In this document: piece by piece, positions 38,964 to 47,598 of the stretch | Position numbering within the stretch: the first letter of the stretch is position 1 | How the letters are laid out: every line of letters starts with the position of its first letter | Assembly (NCBI GenBank): GCA_963767125.1 | Contig: CAVYDB010000007.1 | Coordinates: 78,083-142,082 of the forward strand | Source of the DNA: an uncultured Bacteroidota bacterium | Lineage (GTDB): Bacteria; Bacteroidota; Bacteroidia; JABEUT01 | Length of the DNA: 64,000 bases | Direction: 5' to 3' | The notes under the pieces: model-generated | Told to the model about the DNA's origin: nothing | What the model saw: only the letters and a program-made list of their open reading frames with translations | The model's database searches: none | Program-made: the position numbers and the translations under genes

Positions 38964-39080
38964 GTTCAGCATGACTACAAGATAAACATATCCTCCCAAT
39001 CCAACGGAATTTATTTTTATAGGATGCTGAAAGAAAATGGTGATTTAATTGGCGAAGGAAAGGTGATGATAGAAAAGTAG
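38964..39080 (+). pseudogene. Second orphan CTD-coding fragment, convergent with the first
   Basis: Own translation: VQHDYKINISSQSNGIYFYRMLKENGDLIGEGKVMIEK*, which is the last ~35 aa of a CTD only. It abuts the minus-strand fragment at the palindrome GCTGAAC-CAA-GTTCAGC (38954-38970). Confidence 0.75.
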
Positions 39081-39412
39081 GGATTTTAGCGCAAATTATG
39101 GCGTTAAAATAGAGCAGTAAATAATGAAAATGCATTTATCGTATAATTTTTTATTAACCTTTGCTTAACTAAAAACACCCCCTGAAACTCAATAGGGACA
39201 CAAGTCTTGGGGAATAGCCTCATACTCTGAATGTTAAGTAGCCGGATTTATGTCTCGCCCAAACGCCAGCCCGAAACATTCCTGCCCGAAAGGCATGGTC
39301 AGGCGGGCATTCTGGCGGGTACCATCCGGTATGGGCGGGCGTTTTATGCCGTTATTTTTATGGCTTAAAGTTCATTAACATTTCCTATCTTGGTCCTCAT
39401 AAAATTACTTGT

Positions 39413-41023
39413 ATGATAAAATCATTTACCTTTTTAGTATTTTTCATCTTCGGCTCCCTGCTTGCAGCAGGACAAAGCTGGGAATGGGCTAAGCAAGGCC
39501 TGGGCGCCTCCGGCGAAGGCATGGCAGTGGCAACCGATAAAACCGGAAATTCTTTCCTCACCGGAAATTTTTACGATACCCTGCATTTCGGTTCCAATAC
39601 TATCTCCACCCCTTCGGGAGATGTTTTCCTGGTAAAATATGATGCAAGCGGAAATGCATTGTGGGCAGTGCAATCTACCGCCGGATACGGGGCTTTCCCC
39701 TACTCCCTCGCCACCGACGATTCGGGCAATGTGTATATGACAGGCACCATTCTGTCACACATCACCTTTGATACCATAACGCTAAATGGCGCCGGAATAT
39801 TTATGGTGAAATATGACGGGAATGGCGCCGTTAAATGGGCTAAACGACAAAATTTCACCAGGGGGTTGTCGGTTTCGGTTGATGCGGAAGGGTTTCCGTA
39901 CTTCGCCGGAGACTTGTACCTGCTAAAATACAGCCCTAACGGTACTTTGCTTTTTGCTCTTAATTTCTCAACTAATGCCGAATGTTTTGGGATTTCAGCC
40001 ACGCCGGGCAAAAGAACCGCCAGTGCAGAATATATTACAGGCTATTTCAAAGGCAGCGCTATATTCGGCTCCGATACATTGGTTTGCAATAGCAGCACCG
40101 ATAATATTTTTCTTGTGAAATACGATTCGGCGGGGAATGAACTGTGGGCAAGGCAATCTGAAACACCGGGGTTTATGTATTCCTATATCACCAATGGCGG
40201 TTGGTGTGCGGTAGCCGCCGATATTAATGGGAATGCGTATATCACCGGGTTTTATAACAGCAGTATTTCGTTTGGAGCCGATACGCTGCCTTCGGGGTAT
40301 AACCTTTACCAACCTAATATGTATGTTGCCAAATACGATGCAAACGGGAATGTAAAATGGGCAAGTTCCATTTCATCTACCGATAGCTCTGTGGTAGGTG
40401 GATACGCTATTGCTGCTGATACTAATAATGGAATTTATTTTTCGGGCAGCTGCACTCCAAATCATACAAATAAAACATCGGTTACCTACCGGAGTGATAC
40501 CTTCAGTATCATTAACCCGGGCGATGCAGCCATTTTTATGGAATGTGATTCATCGGGCGCAGCGCTATGCGGGGGCTTGTTACGGAGCGGAGGTGATGAT
40601 AATAGCAGTGTGGCATGTGACCTTACGGGGAAATATATTTACTTCGGAGGCGATGCTGAATTTCAAACTATTCTTGGTACAGATACAGTGGGTTTCGGCG
40701 CCGACAGTGTAGAATTGCCTTTTGTAGCCCGCTGGCAAAACTGCTCCGGCGATATAATATCGGGTATTAATAAAGCCAAAAACAAGGAAGGAATAAATGT
40801 ATATCCCAACCCCTTTGATGCTTTTACTACCATTGCTTTAAGCAAAGGCGGCGAATATATCCTTGAAGTAGATGACCTGACCGGAAGAACAATAAAATAC
40901 ATAGAATTTACAGGAACAGAATATGAACTAACCGAACAGGGCTTGGCAAAAGGAATTTATTTTATTCGTGTATTCGATAACGAAAAAAATATAATTGGGG
41001 TAAGTAAGGTTGTGGTGCAGTAA
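39413..41023 (+). CDS. SBBP-type beta-propeller repeat protein with T9SS C-terminal sorting domain
   Basis: Signal peptide ...LLAAGQS. Repeats are GN.Y.TG.F...I.FG.DTL......D.FLVKYD..GN.LWA. The C-terminus is VYPNPFDAFTTI...GIYFIRVFDNEKN. It is an inverted paralog of 36890-38659. Confidence 0.7.
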   Translation: MIKSFTFLVFFIFGSLLAAGQSWEWAKQGLGASGEGMAVATDKTGNSFLTGNFYDTLHFGSNTISTPSGDVFLVKYDASGNALWAVQSTAGYGAFPYSLATDDSGNVYMTGTILSHITFDTITLNGAGIFMVKYDGNGAVKWAKRQNFTRGLSVSVDAEGFPYFAGDLYLLKYSPNGTLLFALNFSTNAECFGISATPGKRTASAEYITGYFKGSAIFGSDTLVCNSSTDNIFLVKYDSAGNELWARQSETPGFMYSYITNGGWCAVAADINGNAYITGFYNSSISFGADTLPSGYNLYQPNMYVAKYDANGNVKWASSISSTDSSVVGGYAIAADTNNGIYFSGSCTPNHTNKTSVTYRSDTFSIINPGDAAIFMECDSSGAALCGGLLRSGGDDNSSVACDLTGKYIYFGGDAEFQTILGTDTVGFGADSVELPFVARWQNCSGDIISGINKAKNKEGINVYPNPFDAFTTIALSKGGEYILEVDDLTGRTIKYIEFTGTEYELTEQGLAKGIYFIRVFDNEKNIIGVSKVVVQ

Positions 41024-41046
41024 AAACCGAACGGTTCCGGTTTTAT
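41024..41046 (+). terminator. Intrinsic terminator
   Basis: AAAACCG-N8-CGGTTTT followed by a T-rich tract, directly after the stop at 41023. Confidence 0.6.
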
Positions 41047-41106
41047 TTGTAATACATATTTATAATTCTACTTAAAACAATTAGGGCAAATCATTACATT
41101 TGTGGT

Positions 41107-41715
41107 ATGATATTCATAGACGTCCATAATTATGTGGGAACAGGGAGTCAATTTGAGAATCTATTACCCATTGTGGCGGCTTTTTTGGGTGCTTTAGCAG
41201 CGGTTAGATATCAATATTGGCTAATAGATAGAAGACGAAAAGATGATACATTGACAGAAATAGCATTCACTTGTGACCAATTATTGAGACACGCAATAAC
41301 TGCAGAAAAAAATCAACTTGTTTTTAAATTCCAGGAATGGATGTCTATTAAATACGCCAGTATTGATTTTAAAAATGAGCTTATGAAATTTGGGAACATA
41401 TCCTTAAAAGCTAATGGCAACTTTTACTTGACAAAAGGATTGTTGATGAAATATACACGAAATCTAAGAAACTATGACTCCAAGACAGCTGATCTAATGG
41501 CAATTTCAATGAGTAAAGTTGATGCCTATAAGATGCGAAGCTTCAAAGATGAATTTTCTCCGACTGAAGATGATTATCGTAAAATGTATGAACATTGTGA
41601 TAAGATAAACAATCAAATACATACTGATATTATTGACGGTAAATTAGGCAAACATTTGATAGAAATAATGGCTCTTGCGAAAGTAAATGTACATCTAAGT
41701 AAAAGAAACACTTAA
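41107..41715 (+). CDS. Hypothetical membrane-anchored protein in an AT-rich islet
   Basis: 202 aa with one N-terminal TM (LLPIVAAFLGALAAV). The rest is helical and Lys/Asp-rich, with no motif. Local G+C is visibly low. Confidence 0.5.
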   Translation: MIFIDVHNYVGTGSQFENLLPIVAAFLGALAAVRYQYWLIDRRRKDDTLTEIAFTCDQLLRHAITAEKNQLVFKFQEWMSIKYASIDFKNELMKFGNISLKANGNFYLTKGLLMKYTRNLRNYDSKTADLMAISMSKVDAYKMRSFKDEFSPTEDDYRKMYEHCDKINNQIHTDIIDGKLGKHLIEIMALAKVNVHLSKRNT

Positions 41716-41883
41716 AATTACTATGGTTACATTAAAAAAAGCGGCAATAATCAAAAAAAATATAAGCAATTGATAATCTAAATTATAATTATTAGCCCAA
41801 AGAGCTGAAGCAAACGCTGACAATGTAAGTAATATTAACACATTTTGAAGTTCTTTTATCGTTTTTATAATATTTGCTAACAT
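41695..41883 (-). CDS. Small two-TM protein
   Basis: 62 aa, two hydrophobic helices, very AT-rich. Coding status is uncertain. Confidence 0.3.
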   Translation of the reverse strand: MLANIIKTIKELQNVLILLTLSAFASALWANNYNLDYQLLIFFLIIAAFFNVTIVILSVSFT

Positions 41884-41995
41884 AATTCTTTAAATTAATT
41901 CACTAAAGGTACTATAGAGAATATCGTCTTCTTAAAAATCAATGACTTCTATAGAAAATACAAAAGTTTAATTATCTCACCTCGTTAATATATCA

Positions 41996-42526
41996 TCACA
42001 AGGGAAATGTCCCTTTCAAAAAGGTTTTCAATACTACCCAAAGCAGCAGAAACAACAAGGCAATTCCTACTACCGTGCGGCAGAAATAATCGTACCAATG
42101 GGCTTTATAGACATCATTTTCCGCAACACCAACCTGCACATGTTCCTTAAAATTGCTGATTATTTTATCTCGTATCGTTATTTCCTGTTTCAAGCTGTCG
42201 TCTTTACAAATAACGGTTACTTTCCCCGAATCAATATGGAGGGTAGCTGTTTCTAATCCCGATTTTACTGTTTTATTATAATGCGTTGGGCAGGGCTTAT
42301 CCATAAGGAATGTATCATGAAGCGTAACCGATTGAACGGGGAAATTAATTATGCTGTCACGGGTCAGGTATTGAGTAATGCTTGACGTACTGTCTTTTTC
42401 TATTGGCTTAAATAATTCCGGGTGCTTATTTTCCAAATGCTGAAGTTTCTGCCGGGGGGAACAGCTGATAAAGCTGATGGCTATTAGCCAATAGGTGATA
42501 GCTCCAGATATGATATTATTTTTCAT
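41996..42526 (-). CDS. Candidate unimolecular spanin (N-terminal lipoprotein signal + C-terminal TM helix)
   Basis: The N-terminus WLIAISFISC is lipobox-like. The C-terminus VVGIALLFLLLWVVLKTFL is a TM helix. It is the last gene of the lysis cassette. Confidence 0.45.
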   Translation of the reverse strand: MKNNIISGAITYWLIAISFISCSPRQKLQHLENKHPELFKPIEKDSTSSITQYLTRDSIINFPVQSVTLHDTFLMDKPCPTHYNKTVKSGLETATLHIDSGKVTVICKDDSLKQEITIRDKIISNFKEHVQVGVAENDVYKAHWYDYFCRTVVGIALLFLLLWVVLKTFLKGTFPL

Positions 42527-42552
42527 CGTCTTTCGTTTTTAGCTGAAAGCCA

Positions 42553-42807
42553 TCAGCTATTGGCTATGGGCTGGTTATTCGATTTATTCATCTGTACTGC
42601 CGTCCATCCTTTCACGGCATATAATCCGTTTATAAAGCCCACCAATACTAATATCAGCCCAATATCAACGGGCTTATCTTTAACCGTGTCCCAGGCTATG
42701 GTGAACATAATAGTTGCCATAGTTGCGAATGCGCAGATAGCCTTTCCGGAGCCTTTCTCTCCTTCCAGCAAGGTGCCTTTTATAATGTTCCAGAGTGTTT
42801 GGGTCAT
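42553..42807 (-). CDS. Holin-like small membrane protein
   Basis: 84 aa with two TM helices (AICAFATMATIMFTIAW, IGLILVLVGFINGLYAV) and a polar C-terminus. It lies next to the endolysin. Confidence 0.5.
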   Translation of the reverse strand: MTQTLWNIIKGTLLEGEKGSGKAICAFATMATIMFTIAWDTVKDKPVDIGLILVLVGFINGLYAVKGWTAVQMNKSNNQPIANS

Positions 42808-42878
42808 TCTTGTAGCTTATAGTTATTAGTTGATAGTTTATAGTTTATGTATTACTCGTTGCATTTTGACATAAGCCA

Positions 42879-43445
42879 TCAGCTTTCAGCCATTAGTTTA
42901 CTATTATATTTAATTAAATTATAAATCCGGTTCAACCAGCCATCTAAAAAAACATCCTGGCTATGATCGTTCTTTGCCTGTGCAAACGAAATTATATCGA
43001 AGCAGTATTGCCTGCGGCGCTCTATCAGTGATTCATATAATGAACCGGCATCACATGAATTAAGGGTTTCAATAGTGGCGGGTCCAAACACACTATCTTC
43101 TGCCAGGTGTTTATTGAAAATAGTATTGATTAATTTTTGTATATCCAGTTCAGGAAAATGTTGCCCGCTGCACCATACCCAGTCGGCAATGGTGTTGGCA
43201 ATGCACTGGTCGGCAACCTGGTCGGCAAGGCATTTATCCCAATAACAGGCTTTAAATAGCTGTGTCCAGTCATCGGCCTGCATAGCCCTGAAACGATGGC
43301 GACTGGCGGAAGCATCTCCAAAAAACGAAACCCAGCTATTCCAGGTAATACCTTTATTGGTTTCCCCTCCCTTATCTGCGGGGTTATTCACATACCCGCC
43401 TTCGGCAGCAAGTATAAAGGGAACCAGCTTTGACGCACTTGCCAT
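42879..43445 (-). CDS. Endolysin, glycoside hydrolase family 108 with PG_binding_3-like C-terminal domain
   Basis: N-terminal ILAAEGGYVNNPADKGGETNKGIT is the GH108 catalytic motif. GPATIETLN lies further downstream. Confidence 0.85.
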   Translation of the reverse strand: MASASKLVPFILAAEGGYVNNPADKGGETNKGITWNSWVSFFGDASASRHRFRAMQADDWTQLFKACYWDKCLADQVADQCIANTIADWVWCSGQHFPELDIQKLINTIFNKHLAEDSVFGPATIETLNSCDAGSLYESLIERRRQYCFDIISFAQAKNDHSQDVFLDGWLNRIYNLIKYNSKLMAES

Positions 43446-43457
43446 AATACCTTCTTT

Positions 43458-43682
43458 TTATGGGTTATTAATATTCTTCCGGCTTGTACGCCAGATGTGG
43501 TACCAGCTTGCTGCGGCGGCAGATATATAACTGAACCATTGCAACCCCAGCGTAATATTTCCCGAATCAATTTGAGAAAACTGGTGATACAACTTTATAG
43601 TTGTGCCAACAGCAATTCCGACCAAAGCAATACAAAGTTCTTTTATATCCTGCGGAGCTATATTATTGTGAAAAATGGGCAT
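43458..43682 (-). CDS. Small membrane protein (second holin/antiholin candidate)
   Basis: 74 aa with hydrophobic LCIALVGIAVGTTI and WFSYISAAAASWY, immediately upstream of the endolysin. Confidence 0.4.
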   Translation of the reverse strand: MPIFHNNIAPQDIKELCIALVGIAVGTTIKLYHQFSQIDSGNITLGLQWFSYISAAAASWYHIWRTSRKNINNP

Positions 43683-43715
43683 ATTTATAATTCAGGAGCC
43701 TATTGAGATTAATTT

Positions 43716-44600
43716 CTATTGATTAAATCCAATTGGAATTGCCACCCGGTTTTGAAAGTTATTATACTGTGCGCTTAAATTAATTGCTCCACTACCCACA
43801 AAACCCATACTGATACCAAAACCGCCCTGCCCAACCGGGGAACCATTATTGTTATTCGCCATGATAAACCAATTGTAGGCAGGCAATGCGGAAGTTGTTG
43901 CAGATGTAGTCCCCTGCGCTACGCCCCTATTGTAAAACCCGGCACTTGCTGAATTAGTTCTCCAACAGGCATTCAATGATAATGTATTAGATAGTGTATT
44001 AGTTATAGCGGCAGGTGTATATACATTAATATAATAACTCAACTGAGTGGCAGAGGAGCCATTATTATAAATAGTGCAAACAGCTTTCCCCGCCCCCTGT
44101 CCGTCAAAGGCAATATCATTATCACTATTGGGAGATACAGGCGCTGAATACCTATAGTCACCAAACGATCCGTTATTTTGTGTAAAATGGCTTCCTGCGG
44201 ATGCCGGAAAATTAGTGTTCAAATACATGGTGGACTGGTTGCCTTTATAGCCTTTCAGGGCTGTCCATGTGGTACTATTCACATTTGTTATATTTCCCGC
44301 CCCTGCAAAGTTTATAAAAGGGACCGTAGAATTTGCCTGTGCATAGGTTGCAAAGAACCACAGGATATCGTATTGGGCTAAATTACCATCCATGTATTCC
44401 CCATTCACAAAGCCTGCCAGGGAACCTATTACCAAACCACCTTCATGGGGGCTGGTTTTAATTATCCATTGCTGCACAGTTTTCGGAATGGCGCTACTCA
44501 AAGGATGCGCCCTTTGAGCATTCAAAACGAAAGGGCATAAAAAGAAAATCAATATCTTTCTCAATGTACCAAGTGTGTATAATTGTTGGCGCCGGTCCAC
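43716..44600 (-). CDS. Hypothetical secreted protein in the fibre region
   Basis: GTG start and signal-like ILIFFLCPFVLNAQ. Asn/Gly/Thr-rich, no CTD. Confidence 0.45.
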   Translation of the reverse strand: MDRRQQLYTLGTLRKILIFFLCPFVLNAQRAHPLSSAIPKTVQQWIIKTSPHEGGLVIGSLAGFVNGEYMDGNLAQYDILWFFATYAQANSTVPFINFAGAGNITNVNSTTWTALKGYKGNQSTMYLNTNFPASAGSHFTQNNGSFGDYRYSAPVSPNSDNDIAFDGQGAGKAVCTIYNNGSSATQLSYYINVYTPAAITNTLSNTLSLNACWRTNSASAGFYNRGVAQGTTSATTSALPAYNWFIMANNNNGSPVGQGGFGISMGFVGSGAINLSAQYNNFQNRVAIPIGFNQ

Positions 44601-44670
44601 ATAAAATAATTTAAATAACTATCGTAATAAATAGTATAAAGGTCAATGGCATTCCCAGTGGAAGTTAAGG

Positions 44671-45948
44671 TTATTGCTTGTCTTCCCCGCTTATCCCCCC
44701 TACATTCGCTTCATAACTTGACGGAGTTTTTTGATAAATAACAAGAGAATCTGAGCCGCCCGAACTCTGCTCAATTGCCAGGTTATAGGTAAAGCCTCCG
44801 GTATAGTTTGTTATTTCAATGCTGTCTCTCGTTCCTGTCCCCGAAAATACTATGTCAGCATTAGGATATTGCAAAACATTCCAGGTAAACAAACCACCTG
44901 AAACAGTAAGCAATTGATTGGAAGCAGGGATAGGTAAAAAGTTTTTCCAAACCCAATATTCTGTAGATAGCCTTGCGCCGTAACTATTACCGGTGGTAGA
45001 GTCAATGGAAATAATCCGTGGTTTTGCAGTTGTAATTTTTATAGCCCAACCTCTTGCATCCCCACTATCTCCTTTTTTAGCTAACAGGCTATCTACTGCC
45101 CACCAGGTAGGAATGCCGTATTTGGCATTCCGTGTTGTATCAATTTTTAATGTGCCACTTGAAGTTATTACTCCACCGCTTATCCCAAATCCAGAGCCCA
45201 CAGATATAACAGTCCCGTCTCCGGACAATGCGGATAAAGAATCCACATAATCTTTACTGGCTATATCAGTCGGGGCTTTAGGAAACTTTCCATTATTCCA
45301 TGTAAGATAGTTAACATTATCAGGGTATCCATTCCATAGTAATTCATATAAACTCCAGTTTAAAGAAATTTTGCCTGAGTTAGTCCACAGGTTTTGAAAA
45401 ACATCTTGCACCAGGCCAGAACGCAACGTATTAGTTCCGGTGAATACGGCATCATCTCCTTCCCCTGCGCTCGCCCAATCAGCCGGGGTGCTGGCAATTG
45501 AATAATTTACTACGGAATCTACATAAAATGGGGTAGCCAATGATTTTACTCTTGATAGCGTATCCCTGAAAGTCAGGAAATTTCCCGCGCCTATTAACCT
45601 GGCAAACTTAAAATGTGCTAAATTCCAGGTTCCGGTATTGGAAGTAGTGCAAGCATAAATACTGTCTGTTCCATGCAAAATATAATGACCGGGATAATAA
45701 GTGGTGTTTGGGAGAAAAACCTGAAAATAGTTCGTATCTGATAAAAGATTTACATACGAATTATTTTGGTTGAGCATAACCCCTTGAAGTGTTGCCCCCG
45801 TTATGGCATGGGTACTATTCTGATAAATATTCGACGTAATGTTTCCCGCCTGGTTTGTACGGTTCATCTGTGCACTGCAAAAGGTGACAATGAACAAACA
45901 AAGATTAATAATTACCAGGCATTTATTTTTTTTCATAAAATATTTCAA
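44671..45948 (-). CDS. Hypothetical secreted protein, tail fibre/receptor-binding candidate
   Basis: 425 aa with signal CLVIINLCLFIVTFCSAQ. The Asn/Thr/Gly-rich beta-type sequence and its position between spike and lysis genes suggest a fibre. Confidence 0.4.
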   Translation of the reverse strand: MKYFMKKNKCLVIINLCLFIVTFCSAQMNRTNQAGNITSNIYQNSTHAITGATLQGVMLNQNNSYVNLLSDTNYFQVFLPNTTYYPGHYILHGTDSIYACTTSNTGTWNLAHFKFARLIGAGNFLTFRDTLSRVKSLATPFYVDSVVNYSIASTPADWASAGEGDDAVFTGTNTLRSGLVQDVFQNLWTNSGKISLNWSLYELLWNGYPDNVNYLTWNNGKFPKAPTDIASKDYVDSLSALSGDGTVISVGSGFGISGGVITSSGTLKIDTTRNAKYGIPTWWAVDSLLAKKGDSGDARGWAIKITTAKPRIISIDSTTGNSYGARLSTEYWVWKNFLPIPASNQLLTVSGGLFTWNVLQYPNADIVFSGTGTRDSIEITNYTGGFTYNLAIEQSSGGSDSLVIYQKTPSSYEANVGGISGEDKQ

Positions 45949-45993
45949 ACGATAAAGTAACTATCCTTTTTTATCTGTAGATTTTATACAAAG

Positions 45994-46037
45994 CAAAATT
46001 AAAGTATGGAATATTACCTTTCTGAAAAGTCATTGAC
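45994..46037 (-). promoter_or_regulatory. Composite late promoter
   Basis: Core GTCATTGAC at 46029-46037, a 27-nt gap, then TAATTTTG (minus strand, 45994-46001). It lies 45 nt upstream of ATG 45948. Confidence 0.55.
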
Positions 46038-46069
46038 CAGTTACCGGAATTTTTTGTTTAGGTTAATAC

Positions 46070-46600
46070 CTATTCAAAACTTTCATCATAAGAAGGAAGG
46101 TCAAAACTCCCGCCCGGTAAATCAATGCCTGAAACACTTTCGCCCGTGCTGAAAATAACACCCATACCCGTAGTACGGTTCCATAGGCTGCTATTAAGTA
46201 TATGGGTGCTGTCGTACTTAAACTGTTGCAAATAAGCCCGGGTACTAAAATATACATTATTATCTATCATCAGCTTTACCTGTTTATCTAATGTGCCATA
46301 AGTCTGCAGGCATACATCAAATATATTTTGTCCGTCCATGCCCATCCAGCTATATTGGGTTAAAGGCAGTGCAGTATTTGATAAAACAGGGCCGGGAGAT
46401 AAAAAGGCTGTTACCAACACAGGGGCATAATAAATACGCTGTCCTGCCATCCGGCTTATATCAGCATCTATAGATGGGATGAGCGCGCTATTGTCAGAAA
46501 CGAATGCCACACTTTTCTCCAACGAGCCATAAACATCCATGATGAGGCTAAAAATATCGGAAGGGTTTTGGATTAGTTTATAATTCATAATGTTCGCCAT
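46070..46600 (-). CDS. Hypothetical tail protein with two LysM-like half-repeats
   Basis: The track start is TTG 46624; an ATG is at 46600. The internal repeats are DIFSLIMDVYGSLEKSVAFVSDN and NIFDVCLQTYGTLDKQVKLMIDN. Confidence 0.4.
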   Translation of the reverse strand: MANIMNYKLIQNPSDIFSLIMDVYGSLEKSVAFVSDNSALIPSIDADISRMAGQRIYYAPVLVTAFLSPGPVLSNTALPLTQYSWMGMDGQNIFDVCLQTYGTLDKQVKLMIDNNVYFSTRAYLQQFKYDSTHILNSSLWNRTTGMGVIFSTGESVSGIDLPGGSFDLPSYDESFE

Positions 46601-46682
46601 ATTATCAATTGAAAAAATTTGCAAGTTTTATAAAAGTTACAAGCCTGAAAAGCTACCTCATTACTGTTTACTTTATGAACTT

Positions 46683-47579
46683 TTAAATTAATTGCGGACC
46701 GTGCGTTATAGCGCCGTTTTCTATATCACCCGGCCGGGTTAGTATCAAACTTCCCGCCACATCTGCCGCTACAGGTGGTAACCCGGTAGTGGATGGGCTT
46801 CCCGGAACATAGCCTACCGCAAAACTATGCCATGCTGATACAAGAGTATTAACCAAATTTTCCAAATTATTTAATTTCTGTGCCAAGTTAGATGCTATGG
46901 GTATTCCATTATAGCTTCCATCATTAAGTTGCATAGTTCCGCTGCAACTTATTAATATTCCATTATCACTATTTGATGGCGGAGCGGTGCTATTGTTTAT
47001 CACTATCCCATTACCGGTATTTGATACCGGGCCTGTTCCACTGCTTATTACTACGCCATTATTTCCTATGCTGTTTGAAACAGAGCCCCCACCGCTTGAA
47101 ATAACTACACCGTTTCCGCCCCCGTCAATTATTTGTATGCCTAATGGTAAAGATGAATTGAATGTTGAATTGCAGTTTATTACAAATTCTTCGTATGTGC
47201 CATCAAGGTTTTTCTGGTGAAATACCAGTGCATCTATTTCAGAGCACATAAATACATATACCTCTTTCCTAAGGGTTATTGCAAGTATTACATTACTATT
47301 TACTTTGGGTACCTGAATAAATCCGTTACTCGCCCTTTCAGCTGTCAGTTGAATATTGGTATAGGTATTTTTAGCAGAGCCGCTCGCCATACCGGTAGCT
47401 ATCCGGGCTTCAGTAGCGCCGGTATTTCCGCTGATTAGCCGGGCGGTGCATAGCCAATTTGCTGTATCTACGCTTACAACTTTAGCTATTTCAAAGCTGA
47501 GCAGGTCTTTATCATAAGTACCTGCCAGCAGTTGAACGGCTCTTTGAACAGAGCCTGCATCTTTTTTTAAGTGGCTCAT
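46683..47579 (-). CDS. Central spike / baseplate protein V-like (OB-fold N-terminus + beta-helical repeat)
   Basis: The N-terminal EIAKVVSVDTANWLCTARLISGN... resembles a gpV/gp5 OB fold. The middle part has ~8-residue periodicity: GNGVVISS GGGSVSNS ...GVVISS GTGPVSNT GNGIVINN. Confidence 0.45.
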   Translation of the reverse strand: MSHLKKDAGSVQRAVQLLAGTYDKDLLSFEIAKVVSVDTANWLCTARLISGNTGATEARIATGMASGSAKNTYTNIQLTAERASNGFIQVPKVNSNVILAITLRKEVYVFMCSEIDALVFHQKNLDGTYEEFVINCNSTFNSSLPLGIQIIDGGGNGVVISSGGGSVSNSIGNNGVVISSGTGPVSNTGNGIVINNSTAPPSNSDNGILISCSGTMQLNDGSYNGIPIASNLAQKLNNLENLVNTLVSAWHSFAVGYVPGSPSTTGLPPVAADVAGSLILTRPGDIENGAITHGPQLI

Positions 47580-47598
47580 AATTTTTTGGGGAGGTAGC

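Noticed and set aside
38911-39135. 74-aa minus-strand ORF across the CTD scar
   Set aside because: It reads the plus-strand CTD fragment antisense and the minus-strand CTD fragment out of frame. It is a by-product of the junction.
44638-44650. Variant palindromes (GTCAATGGC 44642-44650, GTCATTAAC 55267-55275, ATCAATGAC 41938-41946) as additional late promoters
   Set aside because: Each has a core mismatch, and none has a TAnnTTTG box at the 26-27 nt spacing seen at the five main sites.
43716-47579. Diversity-generating retroelement near the fibre/spike genes
   Set aside because: No reverse transcriptase ORF occurs anywhere in the window, and I saw no template/variable repeat pair.
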